Notes: generated from the letters alone by a model not told the origin. DNA of 64,000 nt from Tubulanus polymorphus (GCF_964204645.1 NC_134030.1:19428210-19492209), one strand, 5' to 3'; shown: positions 38,165 through 51,334, counted from the stretch's first letter. Numbers and translations: made by a program.

Positions 38165-38365
38165 AACCAATCCACTTGACTGTAGTGAACTGATATAAGT
38201 CTCATTACGGTTAACGAATAAAAAACCACAGAGAGATTTGTAGAAACAGTTTATATCCTTAACAATTTCGAGGTTAAAACTTAACCTCCTCTTCAGAGGA
38301 ACAAAAAAAAATAAATAAAGTGTTTCTACAAATCTACTGTGGGTTTTTTTCGAACCAATCTACTT
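38165..38365 (-). mobile_element. Third PLE-like insertion with one hammerhead motif (minus strand, 38256-38300)
   Basis: 13-bp TSD aaccaatc(c/t)actt, a tail of about 38 bp, and inverted arms of about 39 bp (38216-55 / 38315-52). Minus strand reads UCCU-CUGAAGA-g-GAGGUUA/UAACCUC-GAAA-uug-UUA-AGGA. Confidence 0.7.
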
Positions 38366-39430
38366 CTTAAGACAACGTTTAAGCTAATATAGGTTCTATA
38401 AATATTTTAGCAACTTACGACCATTCTTAGATCAATTTAGACCCATGGTCAACTCGATAATATAAGACTAGTGTTGTAGGTACAATAGCCAATCTGACAA
38501 CTTAAGACCAGCCCTTGAAGCTCATTTGGTTCGACAGCCAATCTGACAACTTAAGACCAGTCTTAACCTCATTTTGGTTCTACAACTAATCTAAAAAAAG
38601 ACATAATACTAGTGTAAATTCATTTGGTTCGAAAAAAACCTAAGACAAGTCTAAGCTCAGTTTGGTTCTAAAACCATCTAACAACTTTAGACCAATCTAA
38701 GCTCAGTTTGGTTCTATAGCCAATCTAACAACGTAAGACCATTTTAGGTTTATTTTAGTTCTATGGCCGATCTGATAACTTAAGACCAGACTAAGCACAC
38801 GTTGGTTCAATAGCTAATCTACGTTACAACCTAGAGACCAGTCTAAGTACGTTTTGGTTTTATAGCCTCATCTTAAAACTAGTATCAGAAACCGCGAAGG
38901 TATATTCGCGAAAATATTTCGGGCTCTTTTTGTCGTCATTCAGGTATATGAGAACTATCGATCGCTGGTCTAATCGCAGTTCATGCATTATGTATGCCAA
39001 TCATGACCTGCGATATGCGCGACATTCCTTTGGAAATTACAACCGGGAATCAATTTGCGACTGATGCGGTCGCGTCCTCTCGGCAAATACTCTTGAAAGT
39101 TCAAATGCGGTTTTGATGAGCTACGACATCCCTCACGGTGAACGCGTTCGGGAAATGGATTCGCGCGATTGATACATATCCGAGCACTTAAGTTATATCT
39201 ATATACGCGTCTCGGAAATCGACGCTGTATCTATTTCAAAATAAACTCGTCGTTAATCCGATAATGGCTAATATATCGACCGTTGATGAATCGTCGACGA
39301 CGAACGGAAATTCGGATATCGCGTCTAAATCGATCAGTATCGTCACAGAACGGCACCGCCTCCTACCGATACCCGACAACCGCCTCCGACAAGCGTGGGC
39401 AGGCGAGGAGGCGTGAGGCGCGTGCTTCCG

Positions 39431-39440
39431 ATGACGTCAT
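39431..39440. promoter_or_regulatory. Palindromic CRE/ATF site in a GC-rich unique block (one of six)
   Basis: ATGACGTCAT. Other TGACGTCA sites at 14037, 25857, 26723, 38060 and 52834. Confidence 0.4.
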
Positions 39441-39510
39441 CGATTGTAGTGCTTTTGTTTTTCTATTCAGTTCACGTTATTTACGAACACGATTTAGGAG
39501 GAAACGCGAT

Positions 39511-39785
39511 ACGAGAATTATTAAATGGCCGATTCATTTTGATATTCGAATATATGTCTCTCGTCAATTCTTGAACGCATGCGAAGTGGGGGTGATTAGT
39601 TTTAGAAAGTGCTCCGATAAGAAGTTTTATATTTGGTGTTTGTAATTGAAACGAGAATTATTAAATGGCCGATTCATTTTGATATTCGAATATATGTCTC
39701 TCGTCAATTCTTGAACGCATGCGAAGTGGGGGTGATTAGTTTTAGAAAGTGCTCCGATAAAAAGTTTTATATCTAGTGTTTGTAG
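39511..39785 (+). repeat. Recent 140-bp tandem duplication at the edge of a family A array
   Basis: acgagaattattaaatggcc at 39511 and 39651, near-identical thereafter. Confidence 0.9.
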
Positions 39786-41305
39786 TTGACTTACAATGAT
39801 AATGTCTCAGGTGAAGTTTTGAACACATGCGAAGTGTGGATGATCAGTTTTAGAAACTGTTCTGATAAAATGTCTAATATCTGGTGTTTGTAGTTCATTT
39901 CTAATTAAAAATGTCTCAGGTGAAATTCTGAGCGCGTGTGAAGCGAGGACGATCGGATTTTGAAAGTGTGCTGATTAAATATCTTTGTTTTCCATTCCAT
40001 TTTCCGTGGAAAATATCTCGAAAATATAAATTGTTCTGATCAAATATCTTCTGGTGTTTTCGTAATTTTCATTTACGATTTAAGGCGTCTCCGATTATTT
40101 AATGATTCGGCCTCATGAGAACCGGATTAAGGTATATACGTATTTTGAGTTACAAACTCAGCCATCGGGATAAAGTAAACGTGATTAAAACCTCGCAGTC
40201 GAGGGATCGCACCGAAAGTAAAGAGATGAGAGAAAATATGTTATGAAAAAGCCCGATCGCAATTCAAGGGATTCCAATGAAATACGGATAGGATTTCATC
40301 CTGAACCATTGTTAGAATTCTTATCGGTATTTCCTTGCATCTCTGAAGATAAGGATAAGCATTCATCCGAAGCGATTAGGATTTACAGGTATCGACTACT
40401 AGCCCCAGGAAATAATACAGATCCTATTCTTAATTTTTTGACACCGTTAAAACCAATATCGTCCGTTACTTAAGCTTAAGGAGTATTTTTGAGTCGTTGT
40501 GCAGTACGTCACCTATTTTGGAATTTCGAAATAAGAATTATAAATGCTTACAAATTTGTCGTCATTTTTGACCGAATGACTGTACTTTAACAACTCGTAT
40601 TTTGATTTCAATGTTTTTTTTTATACAAAACAATGAATTATGGATGTGTACTACGTCATCAATATTGGGCGGTGGTCAATTCAATTCAATTCAATTCAGT
40701 CGATATATTCAAAAGCAACATAAGTTTGTTGACCCAGCCTCATCATCATCGATATCATATTATTCTTTTTCGACAATATCGAGCAAATGCGAACATGTTG
40801 TTTTCCAAAAACGTCTACGGACATTCAAGTCAGTTTTCGCATCGTATGAGTCTAGCATCGCCTATCATACAAACTGTTCATCCGAGTGCAAGCGCGCTAC
40901 CGCTGATATTCCAATTTCAGACCAGCGACGGTCGCCTTTTGGCTTTTAGTCGGATTGGTATTTCACGCAATGTTGACGGGGATTTTTTTGCCAGCGCCAT
41001 CAACGCGAGAAAACACGCAGAGACCCGAGGCAATGTCCTGTCGATGATGAATTATTTTTCTACCGTTGTTATTTTCGACACAATTTCAGAGATGCTTCGT
41101 AAGATACCCGAATTGAAAGGTGGGCGATGGTTTAAAAATTCAAATCAGATTAGCAGCAACTGTCAGCGGGGCAGAGAAACGATTCTTCTGTTAAGAACCT
41201 AATAAAAAATATGTTAGGCCTAAAATGCTTGTCAGTCCTTAGTACGAAGCGTCCTGGGGACATAGTTATTTTTTGTTTAAATATTTTGCTGATTGAAAAA
41301 AACTA

Positions 41306-41351
<46 letters not shown>

Positions 41352-41505
41352 AAGCCAACCAGCCAGTCATTCAGTCAGTCAGTCAGTCAGACATTCAGTC
41401 AGTCAGTCAGTCAGTCAGTCAGTCAGTCAGTCAGTCAGTCAGTCAGTCAGTCAGTCGGTCGGTCGGTCGGTCGGTCAGTCAGTCAGTCAGTCAGTCAGTT
41501 AGTTA
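41306..41505 (+). repeat. Compound tetranucleotide microsatellite (CAGC)n-(CAGT)n-(CGGT)n-(CAGT)n
   Basis: Read directly from the sequence. Confidence 0.95.
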
Positions 41506-42189
41506 GCAAGCCAGCAAGCCACTCATCAAGGGTTCCTGTATTTGAATCCATAGTAGTATGCCTTTGATAACAGTCCAAGATTATTCAGAATGGACCCACT
41601 AGTTAGAACACTCTACGACGTAAGCCTAAATTGGAAAAAACCGAAAATGTCTACAATTGTTGTTAATCATTAAAATATGATGCCGGCGACGATTCTAATT
41701 CCGCTCGCGTATCGTCGTCGTCGAAACCACGAAGCCATAATTCCTAGTCGAGCGGAAGGTCGTGACTCACCGTTTTAACAAACCTATCAATTACAAGATG
41801 CAACATTGTCGCAAACGACAGCAGACGTATTTTGTCAATGGAGCTAATCTAACCGGCACGCGATTTTCATGTAGCCATTTTGTCGCCGCGGTGTTTATTC
41901 CGCGTGCGAATTTGACGAATTAATAACAATAATGATGGCGATATTTCTAGCCAGGCAAAAGCGGCTTTTTCTTTCTCGGCAGCCGGTATATGCTATTTAA
42001 CACGCGTTGTAATAAATAGTAAAAACACGAAGCGGTTCGACGACTTCAGAATACAATCGACACCCCCGTATTTCGCGCGGGATTCTCATGAGGTTTTCTA
42101 GCAGCAGCAGCAGCAGCAACAACAGCAGCAGCAGTGAATAATTCAACTGACGCAGCTGTATCACACATCAGACCGATGTTTAACACAGC

Positions 42190-43040
42190 AAAAAAACTAA
42201 TTTCACAGTTTTGAGCGTAATTAGACTTTGAATCCAGTTCCGTAGTTGAGTGGCTCTAATTTGACTCGAAACCCGGTGTATTTTGATCTAACTCGAAACC
42301 CAGTTCCACTGTGTCAGTTGGTTTAACTGCAAACCCGGGTTCCACGGTTTTGTGGCTTTAATTTGGCTCTCGGTTCATTCCTTATGTCGCGTGGGTTTGA
42401 TTTAACCCTGAACCCAGTTACACAGTTGTGTGTGTGTGTGTTTAGTGGTTCAGTTCCACAGTTGTGTGGTTTGAATTTGAATATAAACCCAGTCCCACTG
42501 TGTCAGTTGGTTTAACTGCAAACCCGGGTTCCACGGTTTTGTGGCTTTAATTTGGCTCTCGGTTCATTTCTTATGTCGTGTGGGTTTGATTTAACCCTGA
42601 ACCCAGCTACACAGTTGTGTGTGTGTGTGTTTAGTGGTTCAGTTCCACAGTTGTGTGGTTTGAATTTGAATATAAACCCAGTCCCACTGAGTGGGTTTAC
42701 TTCGACTCTGGACCCCGTTCCACATGTCTGTGGGTTTAATTTTAACTCTGGATCTAGCTCCACAGTCCTGTGCCTTTTTGACACTGGATACAATTCCACA
42801 GTTGTGTGGCTTTAATTTACTCTGGATCAGTTCCACAGTTATGCGGTTTGAATTGCACTATAAACCCAGTTCCACTGTCTGGGTTTAATTCGACTATGGT
42901 TCCAGTTCCACAATTGTGTCGGTTTGATTCGAGCCTGGATTCAGTTCCACACTTGTGTGGGTTTAATTTGACTGGAAACGCAGTTCCACTGTGTGAGCTA
43001 AATTAACTCCGAACCCATTTCCACAGTCGCGTGGGTCTGC
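42190..43040 (+). repeat. ~38-40-bp degenerate minisatellite built on the MITE-D terminal sequence (ccagttccacagtt), with a recent 189-bp internal duplication
   Basis: Recurring ccagttccacagttgtgtggtttaatttgactctggat. gtgtcagttg at 42311 and 42500 marks the 189-bp period. Confidence 0.8.
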
Positions 43041-43467
43041 GTAATTTATTCCATTTGTACAGGGTTTCTGAAACAAGGCCGTGTACTTGGTGGATTAAAA
43101 CGGATTTCTAGGCTTAATCTTGCGTTCTAAATTCCAACCAATTTCAGTTGTAGAAGACTGGACAAGAAAACCAGATATGCCATCGGAATTTACTGCTTAA
43201 GATTGTTGTAATTTTTTTGTTGTGGCTTTAAAGGTTTTCGGAGGTTGCTTCAGAATTTCTTTCGAGACTTTCCGCGACCTACCTAAGGCCAATTATTGGA
43301 ATTTCCATCCCCTGTTACATATTCTTGCACTGGTATCATCTATCTCTTTTGGCGAGACAAGACAAACGGATCATAAAAGAATCATTTTCTTTTTCATAGT
43401 GTTTGGTATTGCTTTCATTAATAGTTGATTAAATTGAAATTTATGATATTGGAGAGCGCAGGAAACT

Positions 43468-43840
43468 GGTTGACTACAAGCGACAACTGGTGTGGATCCT
43501 CACTTGCCATAAGTGTAATCCTCTATTGCTGCAGTAGACAATGTCGCACTGCACACTAGCGACACCTGGCGGATTCTCACTTGCCCCAGGCGGAATCCTT
43601 TATTTCAACAATAGCAAATATCCAATTGCACACTAGAAAACCTGGTGGATCCTCACTTGCCACAAGTGGAATCCTATATTGCCGCAGTAGTATATATCTT
43701 ACTGCAAATAAGCGACACCTGGATAATCCTCACTTGCCACAAGTGGAGTCCTCTATCACCGCAGTAGTTGATATCCCTCTGCGCACTAACGACACCTGGT
43801 GAAACCTCGCCTGCCTCAAATTGATCCGTCTATTGCTGGA
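43468..43840 (+). repeat. Family B ~77-bp tandem repeat carrying a CTCF-like motif
   Basis: Unit ctagcgacacctggtggatcctcacttgccacaagtggaatcctctattgccgcagtagttgatgtcctactgcaca. Other arrays or monomers at 4253-4350, 5948-6020, 6705-6990, 6995-7075(-), 15165-15275, 30300-30480, 44645-44880, 45250-45510, 46130-46490, 55575-55670, 56192-56570, 59255-59350, 60775-61100, 62060-62150 and 62430-62590. Confidence 0.9.
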
Positions 43841-46800
43841 GTGAGTATAGTTGACATCGAGTTCTCGATCGGTCAAATCCGTGTCTAACGTGTTGAACAT
43901 TTCAAATCGCAGGCCGTCGTTATGAATTTACATAATTATTAATAAACGCAAAAAACGGATAGAAATATCAAAATAGAAATGCGCGCGAGCTCAATCAACA
44001 ATCCGCCCACCATTGATACGCCAAAATCCAGCACGATAATGGCAGCTTCGTGTTTGTACTTCGAGGGTTGAGTCGCGCGGAGGCTTATTAGAAAATAAAG
44101 TAACAATTACCTCGGTAATTTCGGCGTCGATCGTCGGCGCAGCGCGCGGTGGCCCGATTTATTTCGACGCGAAATTTCTGATTAGAACCGACCGATCGGC
44201 GACGTGATTATGTTTTTAGCTTCATTAGATACGGTGACGTACGGATGACGGGTTAAATAGAATATGTCAAGTTGATTTGTGACGCGCGCTGCGCCGGCAA
44301 CTGAGCGTCGCCGGCGCGCACTAATCAGTGTCAATAGATGAGCGTTTGTTTGACATTAAACGCCGCCTGCGCTGATTGTCAAATAAACAGAGTTCGCGTA
44401 AAAACAATCATCTGCGTCGACTCTATACACAGTTAACTCTATATATAGTGTGACATCCGATCGTCAAAAGGCCCAGCTAGTCGAAGCTTAAAATTGAAGA
44501 TGTTTTTGATCATTGAATCGGGATTGAACGAGTTAATCATTTGATTGGCAGATTTAATTATCATAATGACGATGTGTGTCTTATATAGCGCTAAATCCAA
44601 CAGAGCCGTTTACATTTTTCGGTTACATTATAACCCCAGCCATTTGACTACAAGCGAAAACTGGTGTGGGTCCTCACTTGCCACAAGTGTAATTCTCTAT
44701 TGCTGCAGTAGTCAATGTCGTACTGCACACTAGCGACACCTGGCGGATTCTCACTTGCCCCAGGCGGAATCCTTTATTGCAACAATAGGTAATATCCAAT
44801 TGCACACTAGAGACACCTGGTGGATCCTCACTTGCCACGAGTGGAATCCTATATTGCCGCAGTAGTATATATCTTAGTAGTAGTATATATCTCTTAGCAG
44901 TAGTATATATCTCTGTACGTATCAGCCATCTTTTAAGCAACATCCAAACACCGAAAAGGCGCTAACATGCGCCCAGGTGTCATCTATCAGGCCAGGTACC
45001 CATTTACTTCTGCTCGAGGATACGTAATGTACGGGGTTCGAACCCACACGAATTGGCTACCCAGAGTCGAGCGCTCTAACCACTCAGCCACTCCTCGTTT
45101 GATTTCGATTTCGATTTCGTTTCATTTAGTTCTGATTTGGTGTCCTTTACGAACTAACCGGCGAACCAGGGGATTCGATTCTGAAATCGGAAATCGAAGC
45201 GCTGAGTGAGATCACGGCTTTATTCGAGCATGGAAAACGCATCTGAGGCTTCTTGATGTCCCGCTGCACACTAGCGACACCTTAAATCCTGGATCCTCAA
45301 TTTCCACAAGTGAAACCACGTTTCAACATAGAATCGGTGTCCTACTGTACACTAGCGACACCTGGTGTTTCCTCACTTGCCACCCAGTGAGAACCCACGA
45401 CTGCCACTGACAGTAACGTCTCTGGATCCTCATTGATTTCGAAGACTGCCATTCGAATCTTTAATTGACAATTTCCTTCGTGCGATCGAGAACTGCCACG
45501 GCAGTTGATGTGCACCGGTATATAGCGCGCGGCGAGTTGTTTATCTCAATTTTATCCGAAATGAAATTCACCATATTGGCGTTTGATCACGAGCCCGAAA
45601 TGTCGAGGGTTCGTGACGATCTTTTAAGTTGATTAAGCGTGCTTCTGAAAAACCGTGGTCTAGCCCGGAGCGTAATGTAAACCGGGCCTTCAAACAAAAC
45701 ACGTACGCCTCGGATATTTGGTTTTTGCGACGCGCTAAAGCGTTCTCGTACAGCGGAAGTCGGGATCGACGACCTTGAAGACGACGCGGCTGAAAGAAAT
45801 TCAGCGCTGGCTTTCAATCGACGTTCTCTCCAAACAGATTTTTGGGTAGACACAAAATAGATGTTTGCATCCCTTCAGGCGAAACGCGGCGTATTTCAAC
45901 TGCCGATCTTTAATTAGATTCGCGGGGATTTAAGCGAAAATTCGGTAGTAACGCCTCGGTATTTGCCTCTCGCGAGTATCGCGTGCGTGTGTGGAATCGT
46001 CATACGATATTTTTGTGTCTTTTTTTTGTAAAACGAAGATGATTGAAGCGAGAAAAGATGATAGCTCCATAATTGAAGATGTTATTAAACCCCGGAATAT
46101 TTCACCTAACTAATTGCAGATTGAACTCAGTGCATCAGATGGATCTCCTCCTTACTTGCCGCAGGTTGAATCCTCGATTAACTTAATTACTGGCGCTGGT
46201 ACCGTTCAAAAGTGTAGCTGTGGTACATACCCATTCACCACCAAGGAATCCGTTTTTGCTGCAGAAGTTGATGTCCTACAGCGCACTAGCGACACCTGGT
46301 GGATCCTCACTTACCACAAGTCGAATTATTTCTGACGCAGTAGTTGATGTCGTACTGCACACTAGCGACACCTGCTGAATCCTCACTTGCGAAAAGTGGT
46401 ATCCTCTATAGCCGCAGTAGTTGATGTCCTACTGGACACTTGAGACACCTGGTGGATCCTCACTTGCAACAAAAGAAAACATCTATTGTCACAGACCGCC
46501 TACGGTAAGATGTAGCAATACGCTGGGGCAGGCGGCGGTGTACGGGGACGCTAGGACTCGGGCAGCGGTGTACAACAACGGCTCTTAACGACAGCCATTT
46601 GATGTTGTCAGACCTAAGACCCTAACGCAGATCAAGGCGGTACTAGCGGCGTGAGCTATACTCTTACTGCTGAAATAAGCCCCCAGCGGAACCGGATAGA
46701 TAAGGACTTACGGTGACACGCGTCTTCTAAAAGCGCGATCGAAAATACTCTCTGGGAGTAAAAGATCAACGTATAATAAGATTAGGAGACGTCTGCGTTT

Positions 46801-47249
46801 CACTGCGGCAGTAGTAATGCACCGATTTCACTGTTTTAGACCTATTACTCACGCGAGAACTGTTCAGGTCCAACGAGTTCAAAACAACGTCGCGGCAAGA
46901 CGCGAACTTAACTCAATTTCCTCGTTCTTTTGTAACCTCTTTTTCTAATCGATGACAGAAAACGTTGGCAGATGCACTGAGTATATATAACCGCGGCAGA
47001 TCCGCAGTGATAAGAACACTCCATCCTTTGGAAGATACAGTCGGATGCGCTCAAGTCGAATTTACCGTTCAGTTTTTGAAATCTTTTGTGATACTTACTA
47101 TTTATGAAATACATCACATCCGGCTCGGGTATTACTCGAGTCAGACGGATTTTTACGGTGCTGAAAGATCCGAATTCAGCGAAGTCTATTATTCAGCACA
47201 CTTATCGGGTACATAGAATAATAGATAAGTAATAGACTGTCTGAGGCCA

Positions 47250-48345
47250 CTGTGGTTTCATAGCCAAACTAACGATGTTAGGACACGACCAAGTCTATGC
47301 GGTACTTGGTTCTTAAGGTAATCAAGCGAATTAAGACCCAACTAAGCTGATTTGGTTCTGTATCTAACCTAACAATCATTCTGGGGTCGTCTAAGCTTCT
47401 TTTGGTTCTATAAAACAAACCAAACAAACCACCAAACAACTCAAGATCAGTCTATGCTATATTTGGTTCTTTAGCCAGGCTAACAAGACCAGTCTCAGCT
47501 CATTTTGGTCCTTTAACCAACCAAACAACTCAAGATCAGTCTATGCTATATTTGGTTTTTTAGCCAGTCTAACAGCTCAAGACCAGTCGCAGCTCAATTT
47601 GTTTTTATATCCAATCTAACAATTTGAGACCAAAGCTAAAGCTCATTTGGTTCTATAGCCAATCCGAGAAATTAAGACCATTCTAAACTCATTTTGTTTC
47701 TATAACGAAGTTCATCTCGCTTTTATAGCTAATCTAACAACTTAACACCAGTCTAAGCTCATTTTGGTTCTATAACCAATCTAAGAACTTAAGGCCGGTC
47801 TTAGTTGATTTTGGTCCTACAGCCAATCTAACATCTTAAGACCATCAATCTAAGCTCATTTTGGTTCTACAGCCAATCTAACATCTTAAGACCAGTCTTA
47901 ACCCATTTTGGTTCTATAGCTAATCTAAGAACTTAACCAGTCTAAGCTCATTTTGGTTTTATAACCAATCTAAGAACTTAAGACCAGTCTTAGTTAATTT
48001 TGGTTCTACAGCCAATCTAACATCTAAAGACCAGTCTTAACCCATTTTGGTTCTAGCTAATCTAAGAACTTAACAACAGTCTAAGCTCATTTTGGTTTTA
48101 TAACCAATCTAAGAACTTAAGACCAGTCTTAGTTAATTTTGGTCCTACAGCCAATCTAACATCTTAAGACCAGACTTATCCCATTTTGGTTCTATAGCTA
48201 ATCTAAGAATTTAAGACCAGTCTAAGTTAATTATGACTCTACCGTAAATCTAAACACACCAGTGAATTCCTCAGTTCGATTCTATAACCGATCTAACAAC
48301 TTTTCAAGTAATTAGATAAACTTGCATGACTATACAACTAAGACT
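47250..48345 (+). repeat. 47-bp minisatellite (>20 units) derived from the interior of Harbinger MITE family C
   Basis: Unit aatctaacaacttaagaccagtctaagctcattttggttctatagcc matches 24091-24150 inside the MITE. Related arrays at 14195-14470 and 38360-38885. Confidence 0.9.
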
Positions 48346-48900
48346 AGGCCAGGATGCAGCTTACGTATTCTAAAAACGTGTATGTTTAGTAGCAAAAAAA
48401 AAATCTTAAGACGAATTGGTCGTAAATTATGCAGAACTCGCTAGATTGATGTATTCTAGGAAAATTAGATTTTGCTGCCTTTAAATAATTGAGTGCGAGA
48501 TTTATCAATTACTCATTAGTTAATTGTCTAATAAGTCGCCAACGAAGATTAATTTGTTTTTGATGTTGTTAAAAGTAATCATTAGAATGTCCTTAAAGCG
48601 CGTAAATTGTCCTTTTATACCGGTACGCGGGGCGTCAATGAAGCAGGAACGATACAAGCAGCAATCGATAATTCATTATATATCTCTACGATATATAGCA
48701 TCGTCTGCGAAGTAATTATTCCAATCATCTATCTAGCGTTCTAATTATTACACGAAACGTATTCAAAGTGCAAGGTGCTTACATAAATCGTGTAAGTTTA
48801 GCTACCGATTGCATCAGAAATCCCGCTTTCGCAATTAGTGCAAAGATACTTCAACAAGTCATCCGAACATGCGAGCACAACATTTAATTCGGTACCAGCT

Positions 48901-49217
48901 TGATAATGATAATGATAATAATAAAACTGATAATAATACTGGTAATCATAATTGACATTTATTTAGCACAGGTATCATAAGCAGTGTCAAATGCGCTCCA
49001 AATTGGCATTATAACTCTATTCCATGTATCAGTCATCTCTCCCTGGTAAGAAGTGACATCCGAGCAGCTGCTATAGGCGCTCAGGAGACATTCATCAGAC
49101 CAGGTAGTTATTTACTCCTGGATGGAGAGAGGCAATGAGGATGAGTGTCTTAGGTGCCAAGAACCTACGACCTGGCTTGCCACAGTCAAACGCTCTAACC
49201 ACTCGCCTACACCGCTA
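48901..49217 (-). mobile_element. tRNA-derived SINE (CORE-like centre, (ATT)n tail)
   Basis: Minus strand: A-box taggcgagtggttagagcg, B-box remnant ggttc, then aagacactcatcctcattgcctctctccatccaggagtaaat and an att-rich tail. Fragments at 10900-11095, 35331-35447 and 44955-45095. Confidence 0.75.
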
Positions 49218-49735
49218 GCTTTCGATAATTTTCGATAACATGTCTTCTCTAGGCTCCAATTTCTGAAAAGTGAAGCGAACTCTACGCGGAATAATAACAA
49301 AAACGAAACAGGAGAAAGGAACTCGAATCATCGTTTCGGGAAACGATGATTCCTCGATCAAACGCGGTTGTTTCCATGTTTTTTTCTGCGTTTCCTGTTT
49401 ACCCGCGTCGTGTGAGTTGTCGGCTTTTGGTTCCCCACACGAATACGCCCGCTCATTCAAATTTTAGAACGTTACCTTTACGGTTTGCCATTATTGGGAT
49501 TAGATGATACCGATGAAATCATGATGTCGGATAAGGAATCGTTAAAATGTCAATAAAAACCATCGTATTAAGCGCAAAATGTCGCATGTGAAAATAACCG
49601 AGTTAAAATGCGATTTGTACAAACTACCACGAGAAAACAACCGAGAGAAGCAATTACTGATAATGTCATCATAAGCGCCATAGGTAGAAAGTTAAGAGGT
49701 AAATATAACAGAGGGCGAAACACTAAAGATGCCCG

Positions 49736-50215
49736 ATCAGCACAATTTCGAATATGATCATTAACACTTCACATGTATCAAGAACTTCAACCGAGAGATT
49801 TTTAATAGAAAATGAACAACAAACATCAGACATTAGACATTTTATCAGAACACTTTCAAAAACTGATCACCACACTTCACATGTGTTCAGTGCTTCACCT
49901 GAGACATTTCTAATTGAAAATGAACTACAAACACCAGACATTAGACATTTTATCAGCACACTTTCAAAAACTGATCGTCCACACTTCACATGTGTTCAGT
50001 GCTTCATCTAAGACATTTTTCTCTATTAACGAACTACAACCACCAGACATTAAACATTTTATCAGCATACTTTCAAAAACTGATCGTCCACACTTCACAT
50101 GTGTTCAGTGCTTCGTCTGAGACATACTTATTTGATAATGAACAACAAACACCCGATTTGACAAGTCGTCAGTACTTTTCGAAAACTGAAAGTCCAAGCT
50201 TCACATGGGTGAGTT
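49736..50215 (-). repeat. Family A ~108-bp tandem array (about 4 units)
   Basis: Periods of 108 and 109 bp measured between successive ctgatc motifs (49863, 49971, 50080). Confidence 0.9.
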
Positions 50216-51334
50216 CTGGATTTCAGAAGCATGTTGATATCAGGATACAATTGATAATCGCCATAGAATTTAATGCAATAATTTTTTTCTCAATTATTCA
50301 CTTTTTTCCGAAGCGAGTTGATAACCAATCAGCTAGAAGAGCTGATAGCTACCGATCCTTGGTGCCCGCATCGGAATCCCGATTCTGATTACGATGACGA
50401 CTCGGTTATCGTATTCTGAGGTCAGAAGAGAATTCGTTCTTTCAAATAGATAAATGATTAATTTCACAACCCTTACGGTACCGCAGCAACTGTATATTGC
50501 AGAATCTAAGCTGTCAGTCAAATTCCAACCCGAATTAACATTAATTCATGCACGGTAAGGGCGTGGCACAATCTTACAATGTCTGAAGGTAAGATTCTAA
50601 CGACAGAGTCTCACGACGCTATCAGTTTCGAAAGCAAGCAAATGAGAACGTTTTCGGACCAATAGGTCAAATCCAAGCGAGAGAGGAACGTGCCAGTCTC
50701 GCGTCATCATCGGGTTAACCTCACGCAACAGAGGAACGAGTCGTACGATGGTGTCAGGTTCGAATCCCTGCGAGACAATACAACTCGCGGCACAATCTGC
50801 AATAGAGGACAAAGCGCGGGGGCTATCTCGCAGTATATGTACTATTACAACTATTGACGAAAGACTATTCAATCCGTGTGTTGTGACGATACAAAAGCCG
50901 CGAACACACGGACACGCATTTGGCCCGAGCCAAATTGGCACATCAGGTTCCAGCCAAATTTGGCCCATCGCTAATCGGAGCGCGCGTTCACACGTGAACC
51001 ACTCACTAGTAAACAATGCTTAAACAAAGCGATCTGAGTTCCGGAACCAGTTGCAATTCAAACGCAACCGTTTGTCCCGTGCTTAAATTTGGCGCGGGAT
51101 TGGTCCGACGTTGCTTGGTCGAGAGAAATTTGGCCCGGGGCCAGAAATACTCGTGTGTGAGCGTGGAAAAAAGAACATGATGTTGAATTCAGTTAAAAAG
51201 TGCGTCTTGCGGCTCGTCAAAACAGAGAGTTTCAGCAGACCTTTCAAAAAAGGAAAATTTAGTTTGCCGCGCTAAAACGGACTTTTTAAAGAAATTCAAC
51301 AATTTGCGTGCTGGCGCGCTCGTTCGCATACCAG

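Noticed and set aside
40633-41202. 189-aa plus-strand ORF
   Set aside because: It crosses an (AATTC)n LINE tail and has no domain or splice support.
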